DNA of 64,000 nucleotides from Octopus vulgaris (taxonomy: Eukaryota), in assembly GCA_951406725.2 (NCBI GenBank), contig OX597818.1, forward strand, positions 22,134,001 to 22,198,000. The letters run 5' to 3'. Within the stretch, counting starts at the first letter, position 1, and every line of letters begins with the position of its first letter. Below, piece by piece: positions 37,101 through 51,700 of the stretch. The notes under the pieces are model-generated. The model made no database searches. It had not been told where the DNA came from and worked only from the letters and a program-made list of their open reading frames with translations. The position numbers and the translations under genes were made by a program.

Positions 37101-40100
37101 TTTCTTGAATAATAGTACAAACATTGTTAGGTTGCATAAAGGTGCTTTTCATGCTATGTAACATTATGTTTAAATTTTTGAGTTTTGTTTATTTATTTAC
37201 AGGGTGTCTTGTGGTTACAATGACACTTCCTGTGAATTTGATGTGTGGAGAGCATATATTTCAGTGTGAGGCTATGGATGCAGCTAGTGTGGGTCACATC
37301 TTTATGCGTGGGAGTAAAAAAATCAGAACAGTAGATAGGAAAAGACTACTTCCAAGATTCCTTATGTCATTCAAAGTTTAAAGAAAACATATTAAAGAGC
37401 TTACCTCTCCATTTAGAAAGTATTTATGTCCATAGCCATGGCAGAAGGAAGTTGATAATGGCAAAGAAGCTGGACCATGTATTGAACATAGGGGATGCAG
37501 CAGAGACCAAAACCTAAATATAAAGAGATAACACAAAAAGTATCATCATCAACAAATCTTCAGAAGTCTAGATATGATTTGAATCTGTTAAGAGAATGAA
37601 AGAGAGAGAGAGAGAGAGAGACAGAGAAATATATAGAGAGAGTCACAGTAACTCAATCATAATACTGGTTTCAAATTTTCGCCCAAGGTCAGCAATTTAA
37701 GGGGAAGGATAAGTTGATTAGATAGACCCCAGTACTCAACTGATACTTATTTTATCAAGCTCAAAAGGATGAAAGGCAAAGTTGACTTAAGCAGAATTTA
37801 AAATCAGAACATAAACATGGATGGAATGTCACTAAGCATTTTGCTTGGTGCAGTAACTATTCTGCCAGATTACCACCTTAAACCAGTCATAATACTGAGA
37901 AAGAAAAACTTGGCTGATACAATATCAAAACTTACCATTGTGTCACCTCCTTAGTAAGGAAATGTAATATTGAGAATCCAGATTTCTTAGAATTTGTAAT
38001 TGTTATGAGGTCATTTGATTATTTGGAAGTTTAAGAATCCCATTCCTTTATCAAAATTTGTAATTTTGAGAAGATCTATGCCAGTTAGAATTTGATATAC
38101 TGATGATTTCATTACTTTATTAGATGTTGAAGAAAGATTTTGAAGACCCAAATTTGTTGAAACTACCAGAATTTGTCATTTTATGAGCCATCAACAAAAG
38201 TAAAATATATCGATTTTGTAGCAGGGCAGTCAAACTATTTTACTCCTGCGTAACAATACACTGGTACTGAATTCCTCTGCCCTTTAAAAGCTAGCAGCAG
38301 AGGAATACACATGATGACTTCCACCCAGCTGAAGGGCGCGTAAACTTAAAAAACTTTCATTAGCTGCTGAAATGTTAACATGTGATCATCAGGTGTCAAG
38401 TGACTTTGGTCATACAGAACAACACACTGACTGGTTACTTATACACTCAGTTGGAAACAACTTATTGCATTTTCGCTTTCACACAACATGGATTTTTACT
38501 GCTTATTAGTAAGCTAACTCTTTTTTCTGCTAGCATCACTCCAGCAGATTGTTATTTCTATCAACGCACACATCCTTATACACAAGTTAAAATCATAATT
38601 ACCTTTGTTTATTTGTTACACCATGTTATCCTCCTTTTAAATAAATCTGCGTTATGTCAACCCAAAACAATGCCTTTTGATAATTTCATTTTCTCACACT
38701 GAACAACCTCTCCTACTAAATTGGTGAACAACCTTCTTTTATTAAAATTTCATAATTTATAACAGATAACTATATTAAAGCTGCTTACTAATTAGGTATG
38801 TAACAGTTACTAAAAGACTGCAATTATGAAAGGCTTGACCATCTGGAAATTATTCTATTAAATTCATGTTCCAAGAAATTTCCTGTAATTTTGATTTCTG
38901 AAGTTTATTGAATATTTGAACTACAAGTTTTTCACAAATTTAAATATTTGTTGCATTCACTGCAGAGTATTTAATGTTTAATAAACAATATTTGTTGCAG
39001 GTAAAATTTTCCGTATTCATTTGCAACTGTCTATCACTCTCTCTTGCCTCTATTTTCATTAATGATAATCTTTATATATAAAAGTGAGGTTGTGTGCTGT
39101 CTGTCTCCTACGATTTAGATTCCTAACTACTCCCACATTTTGCGGTGCAGTTTAACCAAAACCGAGTATCTTATAGTCATGATTCATATCGAGCCCTTCT
39201 GGGTATTAACGTGCATCTATGATTTAAAAAAAAATTTATCATCAATTTTTCCCATTTTTAATGCATTTTTGGCATATATAAGGGAAGTAACTCTCTTAAA
39301 ATTTATTATATCTCAGAACGTAAAAAGCTACAGTAACACCCCCCCCCCCCTTTGTGGTTAGCCATATTGAGATGGCTATTATACTTTACATCTCTAAAAA
39401 TGCTTATATAGTTATTTCCCTTACAAACCCGAGCAACGCCGGGCGATACTGCTAGTTTAATATATCATCATCATCATCATCATCGTTTAACGTCCGCTTT
39501 CCATGCTAGCATGGGTTGGACGGTTCAACTGGGGTCTGGGAAGCCAGAAGGCTGCACCAGGCCCAGTTTGATCTGGCAATGTTTCTATGGCTGGATGCCC
39601 TTCCTAACGCCAACCACTCCATGACTGTAGTGGGTGCTTTTTACATGCCACCGGCACAGGTGCCAGACGAGTCTGGCAAACGGCCACGATCGGATTGTGC
39701 TTTTTATGTGCCACCGGCACGGGGGCCAGGCGAGGCTGGCAACGGCCACGAACAGATGGTGCTTTTTACGTGCTACCGGCACGGGTGCCACGCGAGGCTG
39801 GCAACAGCCACGAACGGATGGTGCTTTTTACGTGCCACCATGTATATTCATTTCAATGTTTTCACTTGAAGTTTTAATTCACTATTTGAAAAACCCACTG
39901 TTTATTCTATACACGTAATGTAAAAGAATTATTTATAGAATTAATGAGTGCTATTAGACAAAATAACAGTATAACTCTGAGGCTTTCCGGAGTTAATTAA
40001 ATGAATATTTTTGATAAAATGAACATTTTTTAATATACCAGTATAATTTTTTTTTCAAATATTTAGTGATTTTGTTGGTATGGCTGTTTGGAATTCTAAA

Positions 40101-43100
40101 AGCCTTACAATAATAACTATGTGATCACTGCTATTTCTAGCATGCTAAGCTTAGTTGGGTTATCTTGAAGTTTGTTTAAAGTAGAGATATATTACAACAC
40201 CAACATAAATCACTGAAATAAATATTTACTAAGCAAATGAGATTTTTATAAATTGAAGTTTTCAGGAAAATTTACTTTCTGAACTTTCTTTTGTTATTGA
40301 ATATTTCAAGTTCACAAATTTAAATATTCAGTACAAGACACTTTTTAACAAGCTTTTATTTCTACAGTTTTTTCATTTCATGTTTATTTTGTTCATTGTT
40401 TGCAATGCTCTCTCCCCACCTTCTCTCTCTCTCTCATACACACACACTGTCTCTCTAATATAAACACACACAAACTCCAGGTTTGATTTTGTTATTACAC
40501 AAATATCACATTAGAATTTTGCAATTCAACATGGGGTGTCCAAAAAAATATGCAACAGAAAAAGAACATTTAGCAATGTTATAGGTATTAAAATATCTCT
40601 GTGATTGCTGCTATTTTTTTGCACACTAAATTTAGTTGGACTACCTTGATATTTGTTTAAAAAAGAGAGATTATGACTGTGATAAAATAATGAAAACAAT
40701 ATTTAATAAGCAAATGAGCACTACTATACAAAGAAATAATTAGACATAAAATATCATAAAAATTATTAAAATTGGGAATTGAATGTGAAACTATTATCAA
40801 GTGTTGAGTAGAAAACTACCTGGAGGGCAGTCTTTCTGCTAGCATTTTATAATACTTTTAGGCATAATTCTTTTACCTGATTTCATTCTGAAGAAATTCT
40901 TTAACACCTTGACACTCAAAAACCCAACCATTGGCAAAAATAGCAGCTGACAGTCCTACATCACGAATTATTTTCAAAGCCTGTAAAAGTATATGTGGTA
41001 AGTTCAATTACTTGTAGAGTTACACAATGGCATTAATGAAGGTTTCTCTCTTCAAGTAGTATATCAATGCATATTTGTCTTCAAGTAGTCTATGTATCTA
41101 GAGCAAATCTTTATAAAAGATTGACATTTTCCAAGCTATGATATCCACAGGAGGAATGAAACTCAGTACCATTTGCTATTAAAAGACTCATCAATTTTAT
41201 AGAATTGCTATGAGCCAATAAGAAAAGTATTTATGTGATTAATTGATCTACAAGAAATAGAAACCAAATATCCTTCAAATTTTACCCTGCCATTGTGAAA
41301 AAACAAAACAAAACATGGATAAGGTAGTCACAAGTATACAGAAATATGGACTGAAATATCTTTGATATGACTGAAATATCTTTGATCATAGGTTAACTCA
41401 ATCAGGGCTGGTATGGGAGTTAAACAATAAGAACAGCATTACACTCTTTATTCCATAATGGAGCAGTACCCTATCGCCTTGCACACTTTGTTGCAGTTAT
41501 GATCAGAGCAGCTGCACCACCTCACATAAACTTTAGCTTTTTATTGCTTTCAGTCACTGGACTGCAACCATGCTTGGGTATCACCTTCAAAGGTTTTAAT
41601 TGATCATCTCAACTCCAATACTTATTTTAGTCTGATGTTTATTCTATTAATCATTGTTTATTAAATGGTTAAGTTACCTTTTGTTATATAGGGACACAAC
41701 TTGACTCAGTGGTTTATTGATATACTATAACAGACAAATGCATGTGTATGTGTGTGTGTGTGTGTTTGTGAATGTATACACACATAACAGACTCTCTCAC
41801 AATTTCTATCAACCAAATTCTACTAGCAAGACATTGATTAACTGGGAATTAGAAGACACTTGACATGCAGTTGAATCAAGCCCAGAACCGTATGATTGCA
41901 AAGCAAGCTTCTTAAATACAGGCTATTCCTGCACCTATGTGAACAACAGTTTAATGTAGGTCTTGTTGAAACTTTGTGGAAGTTTGCAATAGTATGTGTT
42001 TAAATAAATTTCTAGCTCTAAAGAAGAAACTCAGTCTTTGAGATGCAGTTTTGGCCATTTTATTGATCTGTAGTTGTTATGAAAACATCAGAGATAGTTG
42101 AAACTTACATTTGCAAAGTTTGAAGGTTGTATCATATTGATGAGTAAGGAAACTGCAATCAAAGAGTTCTAAAATGTTTCCTAAATATGTATAGTAACTG
42201 TGTCATGGTATTGTTCAAAGAGTCTAGGTTGTCATTGGGGATGTTTTAAAGATCTCTATTCATGGAACTGGCACATGATTTATTCTTTTAATACCAACCT
42301 GTCTGAATCTGCTCCTGGTTCTTTTTGTATTAAAACTGATTTAAATTAAAATAGTCCATCAAAATTTCATGTTAATCTATATTCCAAGCATCAGCTTAAG
42401 AACAACAAAGTTATTTTAATGAAGTCTTCATTATTTTCAGGATTAACTGAAACGAGTGCAGTAAATTTCAGTGTAAATATGGAAAAGAGTCAACACAAGG
42501 TGCCATGGATTGTTTATAAATGGTGCCTATAGAAAGGCTATATAGAGTCAGGGTGATATCATTTGCATAAGACAATGTGTGAGAAAGTCATTTATATACA
42601 AAAGGAAGAATGTGGCAACACGTCTAAACCCAGAAGCAACCTAACTGAAAACTTGATTTTTTTTTTATGTAACATCAACAACATTGCTTTAGCCAAATTT
42701 ATTAAGGTTCACAGACCAGACCATTAGTGAGTTACAAATGAGAGCAAGTCTTCAGTAGATTTTATAGAAACTAAACTGATTGTCACTGAGCTGGAAGAGA
42801 AATTTAGGGTGTTAAAGGAAGTGGCCATTTATAACAGTTTCACCACTTTTGAGATACTGATAGTGAGCACAATAGGTTGGTCACAAAATTAGAAAAGTTA
42901 TGCCTTTTTGGGGGTACAAAACAAATGTCATGTGTTTCTTTAAGTTTGAGTAGATGCTAATAGAGTGAAACAGTTAAGAGTTTGATTATACATCTACAAT
43001 AAAACACTGGGCTTATTTGAATAAACAAAGTTATGATGATTTGTGTGCAAGTTATGATGTTTTGTGTGTAAAAAAATATTCTTAAATGACATTTCCATTA

Positions 43101-45734
43101 GTTGGAGAAAGAAAACAAAAATGTAGAAACACTTGTTATTGACTCTCTAAGAAAAGAGAGATAATTTCAGTAAATTAGGAATTAATCTCAAAGATAATTT
43201 ACATGTTTATTGTAAGGTAAAATTGATCTTTGTTGGGAGGTAAAAGACAACTATAGAGATGTTTTGGGGTTATCATATTTTATGCTTAGCCTAAAGAAAT
43301 TATCTTACCATTTTACTATTTTTAACAGTAATTCAAAATATTATTTTAAATAATGAATTAGCCATAAATTAAGGACTGAGGATGCCATACTACACTTCTC
43401 CAGTAATATTTACCTTGTTTGAACTGTAACCACCACCACCATAACAACCACGTCCAAAGACATCAACTCCGACAAATACATCGTATGTACGATTTTTCTG
43501 GGCACTAATTTTCTTGGTTCTCTTTAGACCCTCTTCATTCCAACAATAATTCAGGAATATTCCATGACACTTGTCAAAGAATAATCTGGAAAGAATAAAG
43601 CATAAGTTTACAGTGACATGGTTCTTTTTCTTCACAGAACATAAGCAAAAAAAATTACTCCAAAATTTAAAGACATTTGAAAAGAGGCTATATTTAATAC
43701 ATGTTAATTAAATAGTATTCTTAGTGCCTCTAAAATTCTTATGTTTCCCTACAGTATCTGCTTAAAGTTAGATAGACTGAGCTAACAATAGTTTCAGAGT
43801 GTAGCTTACAGACCTAGTGAGAGGTTACAAACAATAAGCTCTTTTATTGGTAGTGGGCACTTTCTCAATTCATCCATCTGATTCTGAAGGTGACATACTT
43901 TTTGGTGAATAAACAACTGTCCACAAACTGTGTAGTAGTAAACTGAATTTAGTAATTGAGTGAATGAAAAAGAACAAAAAAGAAAAAAAAAGGCTCTTCT
44001 GCACTTACTCATTCTTTAAATTAAGCTCGTTCTGCCAATTCAAGAAGCCATCTTTCGTGACACTATCATACCAAATGACCTTTGCATGTGGCATAGCATC
44101 TGACATCATTGTGCTGAGGCATGAAACAAATCCAGCCAGATTTGGAATGTCCTCCAACTGTCAAGCATAATTTTAAAATGTAAAAAAGAACATGACTAAA
44201 TATTAATGCATAGGATCAAAGAATGAAGATAGGTTTTTGACTTTGTTTTCTGGTGAGATTTCTGGAGACATCCATTACACACTATTCAAGTCCACCTTAC
44301 TTTCCTCCCTTATGAGAAGTACTAGGTACTATGACATCAAGTCCACCTTACTTTCCTCCCTTATGAGAAGTACTAGGTACTATGACATCAAGCTGATAAG
44401 GAACCTCCTCTATAGCTTTTCCATTAGATAGAAATAGCAACCAAATCTCCTTTAATTCATGTAATACTACCTTAAAAAACACTTTTGTAGAGTACAGTTA
44501 AGTCATCATTGATCCTCCACTTTCCATGCTGGCATGGGTTAAATAGTTTGACTGGAACTGGTAAGCTGGAGGGCTGCACCAGGTTCCAATCTGATTTGGT
44601 ATGGTTTCTATGGCTGGATGTCCTTCCCAACGCCAACCACTCCAAGAGTGTAATGGGTGCTTTTTACATGCCACCAGCACAGATGCCATTTATATGACAT
44701 CAGCAACGGCCATGACTACGATTCTACTGGTGCCATTTACATGACACTAGCAACAGCCATGACTATGATTTCACTTGTCTGATGAGTCTTCTCAAGGACA
44801 GCATATTGTCAAAGATCTCAGTTATTTCTCATCACCCCTGTTAGGCCTCACATTCAAAGATTGTGCTTCATCACCTTATCCCATGTCTTCCTGAGTCTAC
44901 CTATTTCATAGGTTCCCTCCACAGTTAGAGCTCAGCACTTCTTTACACAGCTGTCCTTGTCCATATGCATCATATGATCATACCAGTGCATTCATCTCTC
45001 TTGCACACCACAGCTGATGCCTCTTATGCCCAGTTTTTCTTTCAAGACATTTACACTCTCTTGTACATGTACACTGGCAATGACCATCCAGATTCATTTC
45101 TTTTAAGCCTATGCATGTCCTCTGTGGTCACTGCCATGGAGCATGGCTGGTCACACACACTTTTCACTCTGAGGAAGAGACCCTTTGTTACCAACAGAAT
45201 ACACACACACACACATATATATAAAGAAAACAGAAAATGGAGATAACATTGATGAACAACAATTATTATTTAATAATAATTTACAAAAAGACTGCATCCC
45301 ATCTAACAGCTGTTTCTGCTGCCAATGTTCTTTGAAATTACCATTAGGATGCTAAGAGAATATTTATCTAGTTGTTAATAAAACCGATTTGAATCATGGA
45401 GCTTCATCAGAGTGGAAAATAAAAAAATAAAAAGAAGAGACAAGAAAAGAAGAAGGAAAGTAGCATCATAATGGTGATTCCAAAGAACACTGGCAACAGA
45501 AACAGCTGTTAGATGAGCTGCAGTTTTTTGTAAATTATTAATAAATAATAATTGATGCAAATCAACTGTTGTTCATCAATGTTATCTCCATTATCTGTTT
45601 TCTTTAACTTGATTCCTGATAAACTACTGCTTATCCTTGGCTTTACCTATAGTTTATGAGCATAACATTTTTGCCCATGTTTAAATATAGGTAATATACC
45701 CGTAGTATTTTGGATACTTTTATCCCTTAGACAG

Positions 45735-45782
<48 letters not shown>

Positions 45783-48700
45783 CGTAAAAACCCATGTAAT
45801 TTACATATTTTTTGCAAAAACAAAAATAAATTTTAGCGGGTGCGTAAATTACATGAATAGATCATTTCCAGAATTGTTTTAGAAATTTTTTTTGTTGAAA
45901 AATGAGGCACAAATGTAAACATTCATACCAAAAGTTGACTCATTTGATGTCAGAATAGGTTTTTACAGAAAAAATATAATGAAGTTGACTTTTATTTATG
46001 CTGGACGGTATAATGCTTACTTTTTCTGGATAAATTTACTAAAACTATTAAATGGTTAACTACTTTTTGAAGTTTGACATTCATTCTGGTAAACGCAGTC
46101 CAGGCCATATTTTACATTACTTGGAATTTCTACCTATCACTATGGAGCCCAACAATTTCCTTAAATAGATCAATTTTTCTCCGCTTAAGAAGTCTAGCTT
46201 CAGATCTACTTGAACTGAACCAATACAAACCAACCTTAACTAGGCTGAATATATTTAGAGCTGAGTCATTACAAGCCAAAGTGAGTACAGCTGAACTGAG
46301 CTGAATAGATGTAATCAATCTACTCCTGACTGCAAACAATCAAATTAAGCTGACATGAGTAACATACCTGGATAACATTTTCAATGTTTAGCAACCAGCC
46401 ATCAAAGTTGTAAAACTTGGCTATTTCAACTAACTTTCGTGCAACATTTTCATAACTTTCTCGTGACTGTAATAACTGCTTACAGATTTTAGCTCCTTTA
46501 TGATTTTCAGTAATCACTGTGCCTGAAAGAAGATGTAAACCATTGTCCAGAGGGAAGAAGATTTCATATGTAAAAAAAGAAAAGAAAACAGGCCCCATTC
46601 TTATTTTAAGGTAAGGCTTAGCTTAAGTTTTATCATATTAAGAGGATGATAAATTTTCCAAGATAACATGCTTTGATAGTGTAGTGATACCTATTCACAA
46701 CACCAAAATAGTGGTAGGAAACGTTTTTAGCATCAAGAGCAAACAGCATAAGAACCTGCAGGGATGCATCTGTACTAAAAGATAAATCTTTCATCATCAT
46801 CATTTAACATTCATTTTCCATGCTGGCAGGGGTTGGGTGGTTTGACAGGAGCTGACAAGACCAAGAGTCACACCAGGTTCCATTGTCCATTTTGGCATGG
46901 TTTCTACAGCTGGATGCCCATCCTAATACCAACCACTTTACAGAAAGTACTGGCTGCTTTTCATGTAGCACCATCACCAGTGCTTTTTACCTGGTACCAT
47001 TACCATTGCTTTTTACATGGCACCATCACTAATGCTTTTTACGTGACGCCCATCACCAGTGCTTTTTATGTGGTACCAGCACCAGCAAGGTCGCCAAGAG
47101 AAAGCCCTCAACTGGGAGGTAGGGAGTGGTACTGAGGTGGTGTGGCTTTGTGTCAGTTGATAGATTTAAGGTATAGAGGGGACAGATATAGGTGTCTTTA
47201 ATTTTACAAATTCATAATTATGCAACTTACTGCTTTGGTTTAAGACTGAAATATTTTGTTTTACATATAGGCTTATACAGAATTTACAGGGCAGTGGTTT
47301 CAAATTTGGATGGAGGCACAACAACACATGCTTCTGATTTCTCTGCCCTACTGATCTATGTTAACAATTATAACAGAGAATAAAATGTTCTGGTGAAAGA
47401 CTTAGCAAGTACACATATTGGATTTGGCCTCATGATCTCTGAGAAAATAAACAAATACTTTAATAATTCAGTCATCTGTCTTGTATACCTTCAAAGAGTA
47501 AGAACAGATTTATTTGCTTTGCTTTTTTTTTTCTACAAGAATAGAAAGACACTAAGCAAGATGTAAAGCTTCACAAACTGCGTATTTAGTTGTTGTTTAA
47601 CTCTCAGTTTATCAGATGACAGGAAAGATACATAGATAGATACAAGCATTCAGTTGATTGGACTTACCTAGAATGGGAACACGGTTGCAATGAGCTGAAG
47701 ACACCCAGCCTACAGGTGGAATGGTGATGAAGTGGTGACTAAAGTACACAAACAGGTCCAAATACTGCCAATTGAAGAAACGATAACCATCTTCTTTAAG
47801 AACATTCTGAAGATACCTAGGTATAGTAAATGAAAGGATAGTACAGTGTAGTAGTGATGGTGGAGGTGGTTATGATGGTAAATACAACTAGTATACTAAG
47901 CTCCTCTTTTTCTCCATTTGACACAAATTCTAATCTTTTATTATTACTATAAGTAAGGCAGTATACTGACAGAATTGTTAGTGTGGCAGACAATATTTAG
48001 TAGCATTTTGTCTGTCTTAACATCCTTAACATTCAAATTTCATTGAGGTTGACTTCACCTTTCATCCTTTGGGGTCAGTGTAATTGACTTGTCCCCTCCC
48101 ATAAAATTTTAGATCTTGTGCCTTTAGTAGGAAGGATTATTAAAATTCAGTTCGACCCTACTAATAACTATCATTTGTCATTACATTCTGAGTTCAAATT
48201 CTGCTGATGTCCACTTTGCCTTGAGGATTATTATTATTATTATTATTAAGGCAGCAAGCTGACAGAATCATTAGTATGCCAGGCAAAATGCTTAGCAGCA
48301 TTTTGTTCATCCTTGCATTTTGAGTTCAAATTCCACCGAGGTCAACTTTGCCTTTCATCCTTTTGAGGTCAATAAATTAAGTACCAGTGAAACACTGGGG
48401 TTGATGTAATTGACTAGTCTCTATCTGCCAAATTTCAAACCCTTGTGCCTTTAGTAGAAAGGATTATTATTATTATTACTACTACTACTACTACTATCCT
48501 GATGACCTTGTTCTTATAGCCAAATCACTACCAGGTCTAGAATCAAAGGGCCTTAATCTAGCAAAAAGAGTTAATCTAGCAAAAACCAAAGTTTTAGTAG
48601 GTAGAACAGACAAATCACAAATCTCTTCAGGTAGATGACCCTGTTCAATCTGTAGAAAAGGCATAGGTAGAAACTCAATAAGATCTGCCTGGTGTAAGCT

Positions 48701-51700
48701 ATGGACACATAAGAGATGCAGCAATATCAAAGGAAGGTTAGCAAGGAAAATAGTTTTCGCGTGTGGAGAGTGCACAGGTACAATTAACACTAAAATATAC
48801 AGAAAATAGACTCCATCAAATGCCAAGGGGAAAAACTAGAAGTAGTTGAGAGCTTCCATTACCTAGGTGAGCAAGTCAGTAGCAGAGGTGGATGCTCTGA
48901 GACCATAGCTACTAGAATAAGAATAGGCTGGGCAAAGTTCAGAGAGCTCCTACCTCTGTTGGTAACAAAGGGCCTTTCCCTCAGAGTGAAAAGCAGATTG
49001 TGTGATGTCTATGTGCTGTGAAACATGTGCTGTGACTGCCAAGAACATAAGTAGGCTTGAAAGAAATGAATCTGGTATGCTTTGCTGGATGTGCAATGTC
49101 AGTGTGCATGTACGACAGAGTGTAAGCATCTTGAGAGAAAAGTTGGGCATAAGAGGCATCAGATGTGGTGTGCAAGAGAGACAACGGTGCTGGTATGGTC
49201 ATGTGATGCGTATGGATGAGGACAGCTGTGTGAAGAAGTACCGATGTCTAATGGTGGAGGGAACCTGTGGAAAAGGTAGACCCAGGAAGACATGGGACGA
49301 AATGTTGAAGCATGATCTTTGAGTGTTGGGCTTCATGGAGGCAATGATAAGTGACCCAGACCTTTGGCAATGTCATGGTTGAGAAGACCCGTGAAGCCAA
49401 GTGAAATCGTAGTCATGGCTGATGTGTGTTGTGTAACTTGCACACATGCCAGTGGCACATAAAAGCAACATTCGAATATTGGGCAATATGCTGTACTTGA
49501 GAGGACCCATCAAGCCAAGTGAAATCATAGTCGTGGCCAATGCCAGTGTCACATATCTGGAAACCATGCTGGTGGCATGCAAAAAGCACCCTTCAAACTT
49601 TGGGCCTCACAGAGGCAGTGACAAGTGATTGGGACTTTTAGCAATATACAATACAGGAAAATAGCTGTGAAGCTAAGTTGTCATGATTGTTGTCATGGCT
49701 GATGCCAGTGTTTCATAACTAGCACTTGTGCTGGTGGCACATAAGAACCACCTATTGCAATCTGAGAGTAGTTGGTGTCAGGAAGAGCATCCAGCTGTAG
49801 AAACCATGCCAAATCAGATTGGAACCTCATGCAACTCTCCAGCTTACCAGTTTTCTGTCAAACCATCTAACCCATGCCAGCATGGAAAACAGAAGATAAA
49901 TTATGATGATTATTATTCCGGTGAAGTCAACTTTGACTTTCATCCTTTTGGGGTCATTAAATTAAGTACTAGCGAAACACTGGGGTCAATGTAATCAATT
50001 AGTACCCCACCCCCAAATTTCAGGCTTTGTGTTTATAGTAGAAAGGATTATAATTATTATTGTTAAGGTGGAAAGCTGGCAGAATCATTCGCATGCCAGG
50101 CTAAATGCTTAGTGATATTTTGTCTGCTGCTATGTTCTGAGTTCAAATTCCACCAAGACCGACTTTGCTTTTCATCCTTTAGGGTTGATAAATTAAGTAC
50201 CAGTGAAACACTGCGGTCAATGTAATTGACTAGTCCCTTCCCTTCAAAATTCCAGGCCTTGTACCTTTAGTAGAAAGGATGATTATTATTATTATGAGAG
50301 AGCAGTGCATGCCATCAAAGTGACAAAGGGGCACAAATATATGAAGCCCAATATACTCATCATCACTAGTCATCTGATAAGGGTACACTAGGCACATGCA
50401 TCACAACTATATGTACATGACATGGTGATCTCATATCAAGATAAACAGCACATGATCTTGCAGGAGGGGCCCAGTTAGATTTTTCTTCAGGTTCCCTGAA
50501 TAAGGATTATTTACAGATGTTGAACAAAACACACATGTTTCTAGAGGTGAATTATTCAAACCCCAAAGAATTCCTCTCAACACATGACTATAATGCTCCC
50601 CCACTACTTCTGCTCATGATCAGAGGTGCACATAGCATCAGCCACTAAGGGACATGCTCAACTAGTTATGGTCAAGCAACTGACAAGCAAATCTATGGTA
50701 TTGAGCAGAATATTTGCTGTAGCCCATCTTTTATACCAAGACAAAACATGTGCATGATAACCTTTCATTATCATTATGATTCATGGTTTGAGAAATACAT
50801 AAAATATATTTCCTTTCTTATATTAAGATAAAAACAGGGACAATTGAGAAAACATGTATACAAAGGCTCAGTGAGAATGTAGAGATAGTTATAGACTCTG
50901 TTATTGCTATTCTCTGGAACTTATAGGTAGATTGCCTATCCTTATAGGCAACCTGTAAATGCCTTTACAAAAGTGATAATGACATGAATAAAAATGAAAT
51001 CTTCCTCAAATCACAAAAACCTAAAGGATCAGTACCTATGACGTTTATAATATTAAACAGGTGAGAAACAATAATTCCTCTGGATAGGTCACTAGTCAAT
51101 TCCAAGTAGCCTTAGAGACTGAAAGATTTGAACTTGGTTCTCCAAGTTGACAGAGTACTCATGAACACTTATTGCCTATTGCTTGGTAGAGTGTCCCTCA
51201 TCAACACCATATAAACATCTGACCCTCAAATACCCTATCTCATCCCTTGTCCTTAACTGCTGCTATTACAATTTCTTTTTCTCATGATCTAATGAAGGAA
51301 CTAGTACATAGTCTTGACCTACTAGAAACAGCAGCCAAATCTCCCTTAACTAATATGCATTCATTTTAAAAATGGAAGGACACATTAGACAATGTAGTCA
51401 TAAATATATCAAAAGAGTGGAACACCTTTGATCATAGGTTAGTTTGCTCAATCAGGGGTCACATTGGGTTACACTGCAATAAATATTTGTTCCCCTCAAC
51501 TAGCTGAAAACCAATCCCACCCTCTCACTCTTTCTGCGTTTTATTTCACAGATCCCACATCAAATAGTTTGCAGAATCCTTTCTCTTCAGAATTATTAAC
51601 TGTCCAGAATTATCCTCTCATCCACATCTTTTCCAAAAGTTTTAGAGTTAGCAATGTTCAAAGTGGATATTAACTGCAGTGGTCAGACTGGGAAGCAAAG

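Noticed and set aside
38270-38375. Hairpin plus ATGATGA...CTGA resembling a C/D box snoRNA
   Set aside because: Antisense to the host intron, no convincing terminal stem and no recognisable rRNA guide.
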